DNA from: Vicugna vicugna | Taxonomy: Eukaryota | Direction of reading: 5' to 3' | DNA: 64,000 nt | Assembly: GCA_013265495.1 (NCBI GenBank) | Contig: MU058287.1 | Span: 372,001 to 436,000 of the forward strand | Shown: positions 53,201-64,000 of the stretch, in pieces | Layout: each line of letters begins with the position of its first letter | How positions within the stretch are numbered: the stretch's first letter is position 1 | Translations under genes and position numbers: made by a program | The notes under the pieces: model-generated | Told to the model about the DNA's origin: nothing | Databases searched by the model: none | Seen by the model: the letters and a program-made list of their open reading frames with translations, nothing else

Positions 53201-56200
53201 AAAAAGTACGTCAGGTAACGATTAAGTGCCGTGGAGAAGCCCCATAAGAAGGATAGAGCATGCTAGTGTAAAAAATTAATACACAGAAGCCGCAATTAAA
53301 ATAGAGTCAGGAGACCAGCAGGGGGAACTCCTACGCCCTGCAACAGTAGCAGAGCCCAACAGGAAGAAGAAAGACTCCTCTTCTTTGCTGGCAACAGCTC
53401 AACCAAAGAAAAGCCAGCTGTGGACCCTGTGTTTACCGTCACCCTCCCACTTCCCTCCCCTCGATGAAAGAGCTCTCTCTCCCTGGTGGTGCAGGCGCTT
53501 GCACGGGGCTCACCGAGTTTGCAGACCCCGAGTTACATTTCTTTGCTGATCTCGAATAAAACCGTTTTTTTTTTGCTGGAGAAATAACTAACATCTATTT
53601 AGGTCAACACTAGGTTAGAAAAAAGGGACCTGGGTGTTATTTTAAATAGAACAGTCAGGGAAGACCTCTCTGAGAAGGTGGCTGTAGGGTCAGGCAGAGC
53701 CTTGTGAGTATCTGGAGGAAGAGGGACCGTGAGCACAGAAGTCCCTGCAGAGAGCTTGCACAGCACAGAATGAGCTGCTTTAGAGCCAAATGTTAAAATT
53801 AGGACCTAAGTTTCAGATCTAACAGGTTTAGGATGCTTATACTTCCAAGTGGAGATGTTGACTAGGAAGTTCAAGAAAGAGGTTTGCCCTGGAGCAGTGA
53901 ACGGTATGGACTTTAAAGCCATGGAAATGGATGCGGTCACCCGGGGAATGAAGGTAGATACAGATGTCCAAGGGCTGAGCCTCAGGGGACTTCAAGGTCT
54001 AGTCGGGAATTGAGGTGGAACCAGCAAAGGAAACAAAGAAGGAATGTGAAGTGAAGAGGGAGAGAGACAGCTGTCACCTGAGGCAAATGCTGCCAATAAG
54101 CTCAGATGATAGGGACTGAGGACTGACCCTGGACTGGGGGTGGGGAGATTACGGTGGGCCTGGGTAACAGTGATGGTGAGGAGTCTGGGGGTAGAAGCCT
54201 GACCAGTGTGAGTTCAAGAGAAAAGCTGGAGCAAGATATTGGAGATAGCAAGTAAAAGCCATTTTTCAAGATGTCTTACGATAAAGGAAAGTAGAGAAAT
54301 GGGAAAGTAGCTGGAAATCTAAGTAGGGTTGAAAAAGTGCTTTAAGATGAAAAAAAGAACAGGTTTGTATGCTGATAGAAAAGGATCTAAAAAAGAGGGC
54401 AAACTGAAGATAAGGAGCAAATGGGGAGAACTAGTAAAACAATATCCTTGAGTAGATAACCTGGGATGGGATCCAGGATACGGGGCTTGGCCGTAAAGCC
54501 GAAAGTGAGACCATTTGATGTGAGTGTGAGTGTGTGTGAGTCTGTGTGTGTTTGTGTGTTTGTGTGTGTGTGTGTGTGTGTCTAGTCATGTTTAGCTGCC
54601 CAGGGGCAGGCATGGAATAAGTAGAGCTGAGTTTAATCAAAGTTCAGTTGTATTGAGGGTGACAGAAAGAAAGTTAAGGAGTTGAGGGTGGATGCCATAG
54701 AGTGATGGGCCACCTGGGAAAGGAAGAAGAAAAGACATGAGAGCGCAGAGGCATGTGGAACAGAGAAAAAGTGACAGAATCCAAGATGGCAGATCCCTTC
54801 GGGAGCCGAAGTGCTATGTGGGGTAAGCTGAAATACAGGAAGTGGGAGTTAGACAGAGAACACTTCAGACTGAGATCATGGAAGGAGCGCAGTTATTGGT
54901 GATGCAAGGTCTAAGGTACGACCAAGAGAAGGGCTACAAACATAGGGGGACAGGATCCCTAGAAGGGAGGAGGCACAGGAACCAAGGAGCCAGCAAATTA
55001 GAAGAGCTCTGAATACAGACATTACAATCACTACGAATTATGTGAAGAGTAGTTCTGGGGACAGTGACAGTGAGCCAGGGCTAAAATCTCAAAGGATTTT
55101 TAAGGCTGGACCTGGGAGTCTGAAGATAACTGCAGAAGGGAGGGGCAGCAGGCGCCAGGAACCGAGGGGAGAGAGCTCCCCTGGTGGGGAGGGGCGAGCG
55201 GCAGCCTGGGGCCGGGGCAGTGCAGCCAGAGTTCAGCTTCACACGCCTTGGTAAATAGTTTGGCTTTTTATCTTTACTTATTAAAAGAAAACTTAATGGA
55301 ATAATGGTTAATAATTGTGAAGTCCCAGATCAGACACCCTCATAGTCAAACATAAGCACAGAAGCAAACTTTGGCTTTAACCAAATTTAAACTAGCCTCT
55401 GTAAAATGAAAGATTGGTTCTGAGTTCTCATTATGGCTCCTCCTAACATTCTAAAATTCTACACTTAGTTGCTTCTGTCTAAACTGCCTTGCTTTTCTTC
55501 AAAGAATTGATAATTTGTCTAAGGACATAAGTTCAAAGAAGATTATTTAATGTAACTTTTTGATTTATGCTTGATCAGGGTGCATTCACTTTGGTGGCAA
55601 TACAAGGTGAATTTTTAGAGGTTCGCTAGTACTTTTCTTATTTATATATGTTAAAATCCCACATCAGAAACCACCATATGTGCAGTCTGACTCCCAATAC
55701 TCACTGGCCCACAGAACCTTCCAAAGCTCAGACGGAACCCATGGCAAGGCTTTTACAGAAAACACTAGTTAAAAGAAAAGTTAGCCAGTTAAGATAATTA
55801 ATTTTAAAGAAACTCCAGGTTTAGATTTATTAGAATAATAGAAACAAGCTACAAGATTTTTAATCAATTTAAATAATGCTGTTATTTGGGCTGATTTTTA
55901 ATATTTTTTCTGCCCTTCATCACCTCTTGGTAACTTGATGTAATGTAACATCTGCAAAAGTTGGAATTTACTTAACTGACTAAACCAGGTCTCCTTTAGA
56001 TTAACCAGCTGGCATTTTCCATTCTTCTGAATGGCTTACAATTTTTGTTAAGAGCTGAATATTTTCCCTCAAATTTGTCCACCATTAGGAGGAATCTAGA
56101 GCTGATTTAAGCTCAATTTGATAAATAATAAGTGTTTAACAATATGCTTATTTCTTCTAGGGTAAATAAAGTGTTTCATGTAAGTAGGCATTCATCCAGT

Positions 56201-59200
56201 TTCCTTTTTTATTCTACTTTCCTCTTCATCTCTGAGAAATGTTAAATGTCTTCCTCTGTATAACAGTACTTACCACACATCTTGGGTGACAGTGTCATTC
56301 TGGGATCTCCAAGTTTGGGTTTTATAGATGGCTTGTCCATTGACTTTTAGCCAGGTCCCCATTTGCCTTAGTCGCTCCTCGAAAATTGGAGAAATGGTGC
56401 CATCATGTGTGGGCCCAATATTCATCAAAAGATTTCCTCCACATGAAACTGTTTCTACAAGTTGCTTTCAAAAAAAATTAAGAATAAATATATAGTTCTT
56501 AGAGGAAGAAAACCACTCCATCACGGATGTGTTAACCTATTGTATTTGTGGACTTAGACATACATATATAATCACTATTTAGGAGAACATAGAGAAAAGA
56601 ATTATATTCTGTGTTTATAGGTCATTGAGCTATACAATTAAAAAAATAATTCTCACATACTAGTAAGAGTATTACTATAATAGTGATGAGACATTTTACT
56701 GTACCTTCACCAAATCTTCAATCGTAAGGTAGTCAGAGATCCCAGCATCCCTCCTGTAGCCCCAGGAAAACTTGTCTATCGTCATGCAGTTTTCCCACTT
56801 GTGCGGCAAAAGGTGTCCTGGGTTATAACGATCACTGCAGGTGTAGTAGCCACCATGCTTACAGATGCTGCCAGCTCCCCAACGGTCATTGGTGACCACT
56901 GTGTCCCGAACTGGGCTGAAATGAAACGGATGATTTTTCTGAAGCAAAAGGTAAAAACTTTTTTAGGACAAAAGCAAACACCACTGAAAAGGGGTCTGAC
57001 TGAAATTCACTCCTGAAAAATAACCACAGTGGAATATAACAAAGCCCACGACTGCAAAGTCAAACGTAGTCCTGGCTCTGTCACTTTCTAAGCTCCCAGC
57101 CCTAGAGCAAGTTACCTAACTCCTCTCAATAATCAATTTCCTCATCTGTTACCACAGCAGAACTAAGTTATGTAAAACACCTAGCCCAGTGCCCAACACA
57201 CGTAACACTTGCAGGAGTATTATGCTATTATCTGTAGGTTCCCCACCCCCCATGCCATGAGTGATAGGCAAGACCGAGGGCCACTCAAGACATTCTTTTC
57301 ACCTATGACTGAATAATCTTATACATATATTCTAGCCTTTCTCTTACAATTGTGCCTAATATTGAAAAATCTCAGGGAGGAGGGTATAGCTCAAGTGGTA
57401 GAGCACATGCTTAGCATACACAAGGTCCTGGGTTCCATCCCCAGTACCTCCTTCAAAAATAAATAAATAAGTAAACTAATTACCTCCCCCCACCCAAATA
57501 ATTAATTAATTAAAAAAAGAAAAATCTCAGGAAATTCGACTGTTGTCATCATGGAATTCACTGTGGCATGAAACATCCCCACGACATTATTCATCGTAGC
57601 AGGTGGAACTTCCTGCACTTCTTCACGTAGAGGGGACAGTTTGGGTTCACAAAATGAAGAAGAGGGCTACCAATATTTTCTTTTGGAAGGAGTACCTAGA
57701 GAAACTGCAGTTAAATATCAAGAGCTCTTCAAAGGGTTTGCCTGTGCAAACCCTTTGTGGGCCCAGAGAACACGAGCAGGACACTCCCTAACTTCACAGC
57801 CCAATGCCACATACTTTCTAGTCAGAAATATAAGTGTGGTCCATATAGTGTGAGCCTTATAGAAGAACTAAGTCAGAACTCCCTGTTCTAATGGGGCAGC
57901 TTGGATGAAAGAACAGGAAGAGACTGTCGATGAAGGAAAAGAGGAGACAGAGAAAGATGACATTGTCCGAGAAGCAAAGATTACCAAAGGTAATAAGGAT
58001 AAAAAGAAGCAATTAGAGGAACTGAAAAGCACATAATGAGAAAGGGATGATGAATAAACAGCGTTGTCCCCAGAATAGGAGATGAAAATGGGGACCCACA
58101 AAATGAATATCCTCAAAGTCCTTGATTCTGTAATCTTTAAGTCTGATTTTAAAAACCAGACTCCTGATTTGTATTAGACTCCTGATTTGTAACTCTTGAT
58201 TATTTTGAGTAAATATTGATATGTCTGATAAGCATTCTTTACAATGGTTTCCTCCCCCATAACACAAATGAGCCTGAAAAATATTTCGAGAAGCAAGGAA
58301 ATTAAACTGTTACACATGTGTTAGGAATGCTTAAGGTCATGACAGCAATCCAATCAAAAGCACACACCTTTCATTATATAACCAGGCCAAGAAGCCTGTG
58401 CTGTTCCAGTAGGTGTCTGGGGCCCCACCATCGCCATCCGACCACAGGACCTCAGGCTGATACTTGTTCACCAACTTGTAGAGCTCAGGCAGCATCTTAG
58501 ACACTGGAAATAGTCGTTTCTGGAATGAGCTGACTTCATCCTCAAGGAACAGTGGATGAAACCATTCAAAAAGGGAATAGTATAGCCCGAAACGCAGGTC
58601 TGTCCTGTTCCTAACGGCTACTTCAAGTTCCTTGACAATGTCCCTCTTCGGCCCCTCGTCCACAGCATTCCAGTTCCACGCATACTCTGAGCCCCACAAG
58701 GTGAAGCCTGAAACATTATATTAAAAAACCTGTTAAGTACATCAATTCAGTTTTAGTAAATTTCCACCTGTGCAAACACCAGAACAAATTATGCAGGCAC
58801 TACACATGATATAAAAATCACTGTTTCTATAAATTGCTTTATGGCAATTTTTTTCATAGTGTATATTTTGCTTTCATACAAGAAACAAATGAGAATTTAG
58901 ATAAAGTAGAACTGAGATTTTTAACAGTAATTCTCAGAGTACCCTATGAGGTCTGTATAGTCTGACATATCTCCTGCATTCTCTCTCTTAAACTGTAAGT
59001 TCCTTGAGGGACAGCATCATGTCTGCAGTGTTCCCTGCTGTATCCAACGGCCAGCACAGGGTCTAGCACAAAATCAACAATCAACATGAGCAGACCACAG
59101 CAAAGGTGGGAACATCTTCCACATCTACCACGCTACACAAGGACTACTACCACTTAAGTGAAGATCCTGCAATACATTCCTACAAGATTCTTGTCTTCTA

Positions 59201-61307
59201 AATCAAAGATTAAAGTGCTTTAGGATTTATTTTATTTTATTATAGTATGATTCTTAGAACACTGGTGATCTGCGTGTAGTAGTAAATCTCCCTTAGCCTC
59301 ATGATTCATTTAACCAAGGTGGGGGTGGTGTACTATTCCCCCAGTAATCTTGTACTTTGAAATATACCCACCATTTGTAATCTCATCCTACTCTAAAATC
59401 ATAAACTTGAATGTTGTTCTTTAAATAACCTAAAAGTGAATTACCTACCAACTAAATGGGTAAGAAAAATGTCTGCCTTTACATAAGCACTTAGAAATAA
59501 TTCATATTTTAAAAGGAATTTGCTTTTATTTCCATTACTTTATGAGACAGATCCAAAACAATACTGCTGCAATTTATGTCAAAGAGTGTTCTGAGTATGT
59601 TTTCCTATAGGATTTTTATGGTACACGGTCTTACATTTAGTTCTTTAATCCACTTTGAGTTTATTTTTGTGTATGATGTTAGAGAATGTTCTAATTTCAT
59701 TCTTTTACATGTAGCTATCCAGTTTTCCCAGCACCACTTATTGAAGATATTATCTTTTCTCCATTGTATATTCTTGCCTCCTCTGCCATAGGTTAACTGA
59801 CCATAAGTGAGTGGGTTTATTTCTGGGCTCTCTATCGTGTTCCATTGATCTAAGTATCTGTTTTTGTGCCAGCATCATACTGTTTTGATTACTGTAGATT
59901 TGTAGTATATTTTGCAGTCAAGGAGTGTGATTCCTCCAGCTTCAGTCTTCTTTCTCAAGATTGTTTTGGCTATTCAAGGTCTTTCATGTTTCCATACAAA
60001 TTTTTAAAATTTTTGTTTCAGTTCTGTGAAAAATGCCATTGGTAATTTGACAAGAGATTGCACTGAATCTGTAGATTGCCTTGGGTAGTATGGTCGTTTT
60101 AACAATGTTGAGTCTTCCAAGAACACAGTGTATTTTTCCATCTGTTTGTGTCGTCTTCAATTTCTTTCATCAGTGTCCTACAGTTTTCAGAGTACAGGTC
60201 TTTTGCTTCCTTAGGTAGGTTTACTCCTGGGTACTTTATTCTTTCTGATGTGATGGTAAATGAGATTTTTTTTCCTTAATTTCTTCTTTTCTGACATTTT
60301 GTTGTTAGTGAACAGAAATGCAACAGATTTCTGTACATTAATTTTGTATCCTGCAACTTAACTGAATTCATTGATGAGCTCTAGCAGTTTTCTGGTGGCA
60401 TCTTTAGGATTCTCTATGTATAGGAGCATGTCATCTGCAAACTGACAGTTTTACTTCTTCTTTTCCAATTTGGATTCCTTTCATTTCTTTTTCTGTTCTG
60501 ATTGCTGTGGCTAGGACTTCCAAACTGTGTTGAATAAGAATGGTGAGAGTGGGCATCCTTGTCTTGTTCCTGATCTTACAGGAAATGCTTTCAGCTTTTC
60601 ACCGTTGAATATAATGTTAGCTGTGGAAATGGGACCTAATTAAACTTAAAAGCATTTGCACAGCAAAGGAAACCATAAATAAATGAAAAGACAACTTATA
60701 GAATGGGAGAAAATATTTGCAAACAATGCAACTGAGAAGGGATTAATTTCCAAAATATACAAACAGTTCATACAGATTAATATAAAAAAATAAATAAAAA
60801 TAAAACCAAAAAACACCAAACAACCCAATCAACAAATGGAACAACAACAGAAGATCTAAATAGATATTTCTCTACAGAAGACATATGGCCAACAGGCACA
60901 TGAAAAGATGCTCAATATCACTAATTATCAGAGAAATGCAAATCAAAACTACAATGAGGTATCACCTCACACCAGTCAGAGTGACCATCATTAAAAAGTC
61001 CACAAACAATAAATGCTGGAGAGGGTGTGGAGAAAAAGGAACCTTCCTACACTGTTGGTGGGAATGTAAATTGGTACAGCCACTATGAAGAACAGTATGG
61101 AGGTTCCGTAAAACACTAAAAGTAGAGTTACCATATGATCCAGCAATCCCACTCCTGGTCATATAACTGGAGAAAACTCTAAGTCAAAAAGATACACGCA
61201 CCCCATTGTACATAACACCACTATTTACAATAGCCAAGACACTGAAGCAACCTAATTGAATCAACAGATTAACAGAAAAGATGTGGTGTATATATATACA
61301 TATATAC

Positions 61308-61338
<31 letters not shown>

Positions 61339-64000
61339 ATGGAATACTAGTCAGCTATAAACAAAAGAATGAAATAATACCATTTGCAGCAACATGGATG
61401 GACAAAGAGATAATCACATTAAGTGAAGTAAGTGAGACACACAAATATGATTTCACTTACTGTGGAATCTCTGAAAAAAATGATACAAATGAACTTGTTT
61501 ACAAACCAAAAATAGACTCACAGACATAGTAAACAAACACAGTTACCAAAGGGGGAAAAGGGGGAGGGATAAATTAGGAGTTTAGGATTAACATGCACAT
61601 ACTACTATATATAAAATAGATAAACAACAGGACCTACTGTATAGTACAGGGAACTATATTCAATATCTTATAATAACCTATAATGAAAAAGAATCTGAAA
61701 AGTTATATATATGTATATATAACTTTTATATACACACACATATATTAACTGTATATACACACATATATATACACATAAAACTGAATCACTTTGCTACACA
61801 CCCTAACACAACATTGCAAATCAACTATACTTCAGTAAAAATAAATAATAAAATAAAAGGAATTTGCACTTAGATTGCTGGTTGTTCTAAATAAAAACCA
61901 TAGATGCAATAAATAAACAATACAAGTCTCAAAATTTTTAGTTAGTGCCTAAGAACATAAGTACATTGTTACTGCCCCACTGAAATCTAAAAGAATCTTT
62001 GAGAACAGACATACATGAGGTGCCTTCAGTGAAACAGTTTATTCTTGTAAATTAGGACATGATTAAGATGGATATACTATTGAGACTCATTTTTAAGAAG
62101 CTTTTAAAACAGCTCACACTGGTTTCAAAGATATTTGTAATAAACTTCAAAGCAGTATTGATATTTAAAGTCTCATTCAAAATGTTTCAGCTTGACAGGA
62201 CCTAATGCCTGGCGGCGCTAAAACCACACGGGTATTCGGTTCAGTAGCACCACTAGAAGCTCACACAGTGGTCTTCCTGGCTAACTGGGCTCAGCGGGGT
62301 CTCTTCCATAAGCATGAAAACATCTGACAACATGGGTCCTAGAAAGTTTATAAATGTAGGCTACATCATCTGTCCTCACAGTGTGATTAAGAGTTGTTTT
62401 GTTTTTGTTTTTAAATAAGCTCACTATGTAATACTTTGTGCCCTGCAGCTTGGAGAAGTTCCTAGACATCAGGAAATCAACATGTTCACAAGGAAATATG
62501 CTTCATAAATATCCATCTCAGCCTGAAAAACATCTATAGCAGAAAATCATTAAGCCACCAGAATGAGGCCAAAGGGAAAAATGAGGCCAAAGGGAAAAGA
62601 CAATTTCTTATTTGGGGTTTTGGTTCTCCCTCTTAATCCCCTCCCCACTTCTGGAGAAAACAATGAGGCAAAATTTTTTATACCAAGGTAATATGGTTAT
62701 ACAAAGGAAATGGTGTAATCGACATGCTGTTTGAACAATAACAATTTGCTGATGCTTCCTTGATCTTGTAGATACAGGAATGGTAATGGGTGGAATCTAT
62801 CCTATTAATGTAAGATCACTATGATGGTTAATTTTATGTGTCAACTTCACTGGGCCACTGGGTGCCCAGATATTTGGTTAAACAATCTTCAGGGTGTGTT
62901 CCTGAAGGTGTTTCTAGATGAAATTAACATTGGAATAGGTAGACTGCACAAGCAGATTGCTCTTCCCAATGTGAGTGGACCTCATCCAATCCACTGAAGG
63001 GCTGAATAGAATAAAAGGCTGATTAAGCGAGAATTTTTTCTCTCTGCACATCTTTGAGGTGAGACATCAATCTTCTCCTGCCTTTGGACTCAGACTTGAA
63101 CAAGAACCTAAATCATTCAGTCTCCTGGTTCTCAGGCCTTCGGACTCAGACTAGAACTAAACCTTTGGCTCTCTTGGGTCTGAAATTCTCAGCCTCCATT
63201 ATGTAGAGGCCAATTTCTTATAATAAATCTCTTTCTACATATTATACTTCCTATTAGTTCCGTCTCTCTGGAGAACCCTAATACAACCACTGTGTTTCCT
63301 TTAGATATTCTTCCACCATCTCTGATATTTCTGAGCACCATTACAGTTCTAAAATCCTGTTCCTTCCAGGTGACCCATGTTATTTTCATTGGTAGCAAGC
63401 TGTAGCAAATTGGAGGCATTGGGCCATGTAAGAGTTAACCAAAAGCACAACCATGTGTATAGGTCATGATGCAAGAATACAGCGGAATAACTCCCATGGT
63501 GCCTTCTCAGAATACATTACAGAGGTGGAATGAGAGGAAAGAGTGCAATTCCAAATGGAAACTGACCTACAACCCACATCCCACTTCAAATAGCTTTAAT
63601 CAAATCTTGGATTCTTTGAAAATTGTTAAATATGCATATAACAAAATGTGACCCGTTTTCATTTTTTCTCTGTTTTGTGGAGGGTATGATCTTTCTGCAT
63701 ACTTGACGCTTCTTAATTGGGTGGAACATGTGTGTGGTCTCTTAAATTATAAGCAAAATGTCAGTAGCCACTTATGGTTGCTCCTAAGAGAAAATTCTGA
63801 TTTCATGTGGATGACCTTGCTTTAGTTTCTTCTTCCAAAAGAACTACTTTTACAATTCATAACCACTGTCAATGTTTGCAAACGCTGTACTTACCTTCGT
63901 GATGTTTGGAAGTTAAGACAACATATTTGGCACCAGAAGCCTGTAAAATATCAGCCCACTGGTTCGCATCAAAAAATTTTGCTGTAAATAGTGGTCCAAA
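50143..64000 (-). CDS. FUCA2: FUCA2 plasma alpha-L-fucosidase (GH29), 5'-partial: join(complement 63895..>64000, 58368..58707, 56705..56915, 56274..56464, 51503..51611, 50143..50283)
   Basis: In-frame spliced translation with GH29 motifs TSKHHEGF, WSDG (nucleophile Asp), NDRWG, LLMNIGP; position next to PEX3 indicates FUCA2 rather than FUCA1. Confidence 0.96.
51503..51611 (-). CDS. FUCA2: FUCA2 exon 6 (109 nt)
   Basis: (W)[36 protein letters not shown]; donor GTAAG. Confidence 0.95.
51747..52545 (-). mobile_element. ERV LTR (MER21-like)
   Basis: TTGCTAGAGCAGCTCACAGA, GGAACAGCCAGATGG, AAGACCAAATATATATTTCTTATTA motifs recalled from MER21. Confidence 0.7.
53267..53609 (+). mobile_element. ERV1-type solo LTR inserted in an L2-rich region
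   Basis: TG...CA termini, AATAAA at 53555-53560, perfect 4-bp TSD CTAG (53263-53266, 53610-53613). Confidence 0.78.
54518..54581. repeat. Imperfect (TG)n microsatellite
   Basis: Direct reading. Confidence 0.9.
56274..56464 (-). CDS. FUCA2: FUCA2 exon 5 (191 nt)
   Basis: [63 protein letters not shown](W). Confidence 0.96.
56705..56915 (-). CDS. FUCA2: FUCA2 exon 4 (211 nt)
   Basis: [71 protein letters not shown]. Confidence 0.96.
57375..57518 (+). mobile_element. tRNA-derived SINE (Vic-1-like)
   Basis: Same head and tail; TSD GAAAAATCTCAGG at 57364-57376 and 57519-57531. Confidence 0.88.
58368..58707 (-). CDS. FUCA2: FUCA2 exon 3 (340 nt)
   Basis: [25 protein letters not shown]...[30 protein letters not shown]. 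Confidence 0.96.
59524..61854 (+). mobile_element. 5'-inverted/truncated LINE-1 (antisense ORF2 59524-60626; sense ORF2 end and 3'UTR 60627-61854)
   Basis: ORF2 C-terminal peptide [31 protein letters not shown]...[38 protein letters not shown] at 59511-59523 and 61855-61867. Confidence 0.93.
62820..63285 (+). mobile_element. ERVL solo LTR (MLT2-like)
   Basis: T(A)TGATGGTTAATTTTATGTGTCAACTT start, CTCTGGAGAACCCTAATACA end; 5-bp TSD ATCAC/ACCAC. Confidence 0.82.
63895..64000 (-). CDS. FUCA2: FUCA2 exon 2 (partial, runs off the window)
   Basis: [35 protein letters not shown](G); donor GTAAGT. Confidence 0.95.

Larger units (their letters stand above)
52740..55110. mobile_element. Cluster of degraded L2 fragments
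   Basis: ATTCAACAAACATTTAT, CCCTGTCCTCGTGGAGCTTA, GTCAGGGAAGACCTCTCTGAG, TTTAAAGCCATGG motifs; purine-rich strand bias. Confidence 0.55.

Noticed and set aside
57603..58267. Several 60-85 aa ORFs in FUCA2 intron 3, possibly a retrogene
   Set aside because: No recognisable homology, poly(A) tail or TSD; short ORFs are expected by chance
60885..61088. ORF with a Cys/His-rich motif as a novel protein
   Set aside because: C-terminal fragment of L1 ORF2p in a truncated, degraded element

Overview
Mammalian genomic DNA, most likely a camelid, judged from five Vic-1-like tRNA-derived SINEs. It covers the conserved ADAT2-PEX3-FUCA2 locus. ADAT2 (minus strand; coding exons 1-4 in window, the rest apparently off the left edge) and PEX3 (plus strand; 12 coding exons, 1122 nt = 373 aa + stop) are head-to-head across a CpG-rich region, with their ATGs about 380 bp apart. 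FUCA2 (minus strand; part of exon 2 through exon 7) converges on PEX3. All reconstructed exons splice in frame with GT-AG boundaries. The remainder is intron or intergenic DNA rich in LINE1/L2/MIR, MaLR/ERV LTRs and MER DNA transposons. Most tracked ORFs are noise or exon read-through. I found no convincing novel biological system. The most notable items are a U12-type minor intron in ADAT2, a young tailless U4 snRNA retrocopy with a palindromic TSD, two twin-primed 5'-inverted L1s, a solo LTR I cannot name in PEX3 intron 1, a candidate LTR-derived poly(A) signal for FUCA2 and a candidate PEX3 micro-uORF. Repeat family names are from memory and need RepeatMasker confirmation.
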